NCBI GenBank assembly: GCA_026025075.1
Contig: JAPEUI010000015.1
Location: 124,001 to 188,000 of the forward strand
DNA: 64,000 nt
From: Vezdaea acicularis
Taxonomy: Eukaryota
Reading direction: 5' to 3'
The notes beneath the pieces are model-generated. The model was not told the DNA's origin, did no database searches, and saw only the letters and a list, made by a program, of their open reading frames with translations. The translations under genes were made by a program, and so were the position numbers. This document shows, piece by piece, positions 60,851-64,000 of the stretch. Every line of letters begins with the position of its first letter. Position 1 is the first letter of the stretch.

Positions 60851-62795
60851 TTAATTTGCCTCAGGGAAGGCCCCTTTTCTCTCAACTTTCTCCTCCATCC
60901 AGCCGGGACAATCTAGGCCCATCTTCATAAACTCCTCATCACTAACAATCTTTACAATCTTCAGCTTCCACTTCCCCGCTCTCAAAATCAATAAGTTACC
61001 ATCAATGATGAACCCCTCCGTGCGTTCTGGCTTCCAATCTTTGACAGGAGTAAAACTGAGCTCGTCTCCCATACTACCTGTGCCATCCGCTTTGCTCCCA
61101 ATATAAGCTCCTTGAGCATTGGCGAGTCGCTTCCCTTCCTTTTTAGAATTGACTAAACCCGCGGACCAAAGAAGGCTGGGCATTGACCTGCCCACGACAC
61201 AGGACCTGGGCAATACGACGTGTGGTGATGGTGCATTAATATGAGTGATCCTTGATTCTGCTAATGAGGACCCAGAAAGTGTCGCTGAAGGCGTAGAACC
61301 ATAGGTCATTTGTTTGAGACTAGGCTTTTGAAACATCGCTCTATGTTCGGCTTCGGCTTTTTGTGCTTCCTCTTCGCCATGAACAAGGCTAACAAAGTCC
61401 CTAGCTAGACGATGCTGGGCGATACGTTTGGAAGGATCTTCCTGGTGTTGCGCAACAACAGCATCAATTTCAGGAATTGGGATAAAAGTAAAGAGCTTAA
61501 GATATTTGAGGACATCCTCATCGGATGTTCGAAGAAAGAACTGTTGGAGTTTAGCCGATTACTATTTCTTCCCTCCACTTAGGTTCAAAAGGACCTACCT
61601 GGTATAACTCAAAGATGCTAGTCATATCTTTATCAAGCCAGATTGCATTACCAGCGCTCTTCCCAAACTTTTCACCGGAGTAAGTCGTCAAGATAGGGAC
61701 TGTGAAACCGTATGGTATCATATCTTCTCCCTGCAAGTCTTTGACAATTGCTGGATCCGGATGATTCTTCACAATATATTTAATAGCCTCGACCCCGGCT
61801 ACAATGTTACCAAATTGATCGGACCCGCCGATTTGAACTTGGACCCTCCTTGTGAGGTACATGTGCCACCAGTCCCAAGCTTGCAATACTGGGTAGCAGA
61901 ACTCAGCGAAGGACATTCCATCTCCTTTTTCCATCTTGGTTCTCACACTAGCCATACGTATGAGACGTCAGCCGCTTGGAACAGGCGCTAAGGCGTAGGC
62001 TTCATACTTACGTTTCTTTTGCTAGCATTGCGCCTATACGTAGTCCTTTACCCAGCAAGGAGAGGATTTCAATGAATTTCAATCCATGCATCCACGTGTT
62101 ATTATTGACCAGCGCCCTATGCCATGCCCACTCCCACTTATATCCATATTTTTGCCCATATGTCTCAACGTTACGCCATAGTTTCGCCAGCTGAAAATGC
62201 ATGCTAGCAATGTTCGCCTTTCGAGTAGATGCATCCATAATGCCACGAGTTGTTGTACGACCGGTTGGATCGCCAATCTTAGCAGTAGCACCTCCTAACT
62301 TCATCTTGTTAGCATACCCAGTCCATTCCCGTATTGGGAGCCTAATGTACCAGTAATACACTCCGGTACCCATGAGCATATAGCCAAAATAGGGGCATCA
62401 TTGCTACCAGATTACCGACATGTATAGAAGGCGCAGTCGGGTCGACACCGACATAAGCTCCAATACGTTTCTTGATCATCAATTCGTCGAGCGCGTCACG
62501 GTTTCTGTGCGGATGCAATGATCAGCTTCAATCTCACGTCTTGAGGACGCTATACTCGAACAAACCCCGTAACTTTATCAACATAGCCTCTCGCTTCCAG
62601 GATGCTCAGCATGCTAGGCTTCTCCTTCCGCTTGATCTTCTCCGCCTCGACATCCCAAAGCCGTTGCGCCTCGTCCAGCTTTGCTGAGTATTTAGGGCCA
62701 TATTTCTGAGAGACCGATCGCTGACTTCTAGGCCGCTGCCTCTGAGGGAAATATCTCCAGCAAATTGCAGGATACCTAGAGGGAGGTCTTTGCAT
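60851..62795 (-). CDS. MSY1: Mitochondrial tyrosyl-tRNA synthetase, CYT-18 type, multi-exon
   Basis: AYVGVDPTAPSLHVGN, GGATAKIGDPTGR, YPVLQAWDWW, QIGGSDQFGNI, KFGKSAGNAIWLD, S4-like C-terminus. Confidence 0.95.
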
Positions 62796-63050
62796 CTCCC
62801 AAAGACTTTCGAATTGAGGCCTAGGAGATAAGTATCAGACAAGGGTTACTGGGACAGAGAAGAATACCTTAAAATTTCCCGCCAATGGTATCGTGACGGA
62901 TGTTGCCGCGCGGAGTGTTTCCGCTATACGTCAGTTGACCCAGAGCTCCGCATCATTTGTTGTCTTGTAAGAAGTCGACAAGCCTCTAGTAAAGGCGATT
63001 GCAGTCAATTCATTTGTGCTCGTATATATAACCTGGTATACTGAGTCAAG

Positions 63051-64000
63051 ATGCTGGCGAACCTTTCATGTGACCCACCTTTAGGGTACACGACTATCAT
63101 TCCATTTGCAGATCAGAGTGTATGTAACTCCCTTTTTGTGCTGCTTCAGAATTCTGATCAGAAAAGCACAAGCTTAACTTCACTGTCTCCATCAACTGTA
63201 AAGCAAGCCCAGAGGACCAGAAATGGGAGGTATTAATTTGGCATAACCTCAAATCCCAGAATGAATGGACCGCTATGCTCTTAACTGAGACCGAAGCTTC
63301 GGAAGTGCAAGTCCGTGGCCTCTAGCGTCAACCTTTCATCTCATAGCTATTTTGACAAGCACTTAGATCTTGTCGAGCCCTGATCATGCCTCTCAGTCAC
63401 TATACCGTTCCTTTTCGGGCACATTGGAAGGTCGGCCAGAGTCTGGCCGGCCAGTCTACTTCACCGTGAAGTTTCGTACGAGCTCTAGTGAGTCGTGGAA
63501 ATGGGTGAATGATGCACTTTCTTTAGCGGACGGAGAGATACTCTTCCAGGACTCGAAAATTGCGTCGTCGAATTCTCTAGACAGCTACTTTCGCCTAGAA
63601 TCTGGCTTCCAACCAGAGAATATTCCTAGCGAGACGCCCCATACTCAATTATGGTCATTGACAGGAAAAGTGGAAGGTGCGCTGGGCAGGTCATCCCGGT
63701 ATAAGACGTTGCTCTTAGGTAAACCTAAAGCATTCTCTCGGTGGATGGCTTTAGTCCGGCTATGGGCGCCATGGCTAGCACCGCGACAAGGAAAGAAGAC
63801 ACTCGATCTTGACAGAGAAGCTGTCATTTGTTCATTCCAATTGTGTACAGGAGCTCATCTTGTTCTCCTTGCTTTGAGTGGAATAAATGATGTATTATCT
63901 CTCTTCACCTCTGACAAAGATGGCAACATCCTACTGTCCCTCCGAAACGACTCAAAGGATGAGGCCGTTGGGCACGTCCTCATTTCTGTTGGGCCTGAAT
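63051..64000 (+). CDS. 5' part of a raffinose synthase/Sip1-like GH36 alpha-galactosidase (runs off the window)
   Basis: SCDPPLG, WEVLIWHN, FTVKFR....ESWKWVND, RWMALVRLWAPWLAPRQGK, GAHLVLLALSG, RNDS. Confidence 0.75.

Overview
Gene-dense chromosomal DNA from a filamentous ascomycete (Pezizomycotina), judged by short GT-AG introns with CTAAC/CTGAC branch points and a CYT-18-type mitochondrial TyrRS. About 32 protein-coding genes are present, mostly housekeeping: LYS12, ER FKBP, MRPS8, GPI14, TUM1, TRAX, APC11, BimC kinesin-5, PHAF1, NudC, mt-AspRS, AP180/ANTH, AME1, an MBOAT, a PQ-loop protein, STE6, PBDC1, SSADH, mS26, NOG2, mt-TyrRS and a partial GH36/Sip1 gene, plus several hypotheticals. 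All family calls come from motif recognition, not database searches, and exon boundaries were read by eye. The less ordinary items are: (i) an intronless ankyrin-protein kinase ORF whose frame stays open past a single TGA into a degenerate zinc-finger-like domain; (ii) an snR191/U19-type H/ACA snoRNA in the NOG2 intron with guides matching LSU rRNA helix 69; (iii) a decayed retrotransposon gag relic upstream of LYS12; (iv) repeated sharp C-rich to G-rich skew switches; (v) an in-frame alternative donor in the ANTH gene. I found no convincing novel multi-gene system. The kinase locus is the best candidate for something undescribed.
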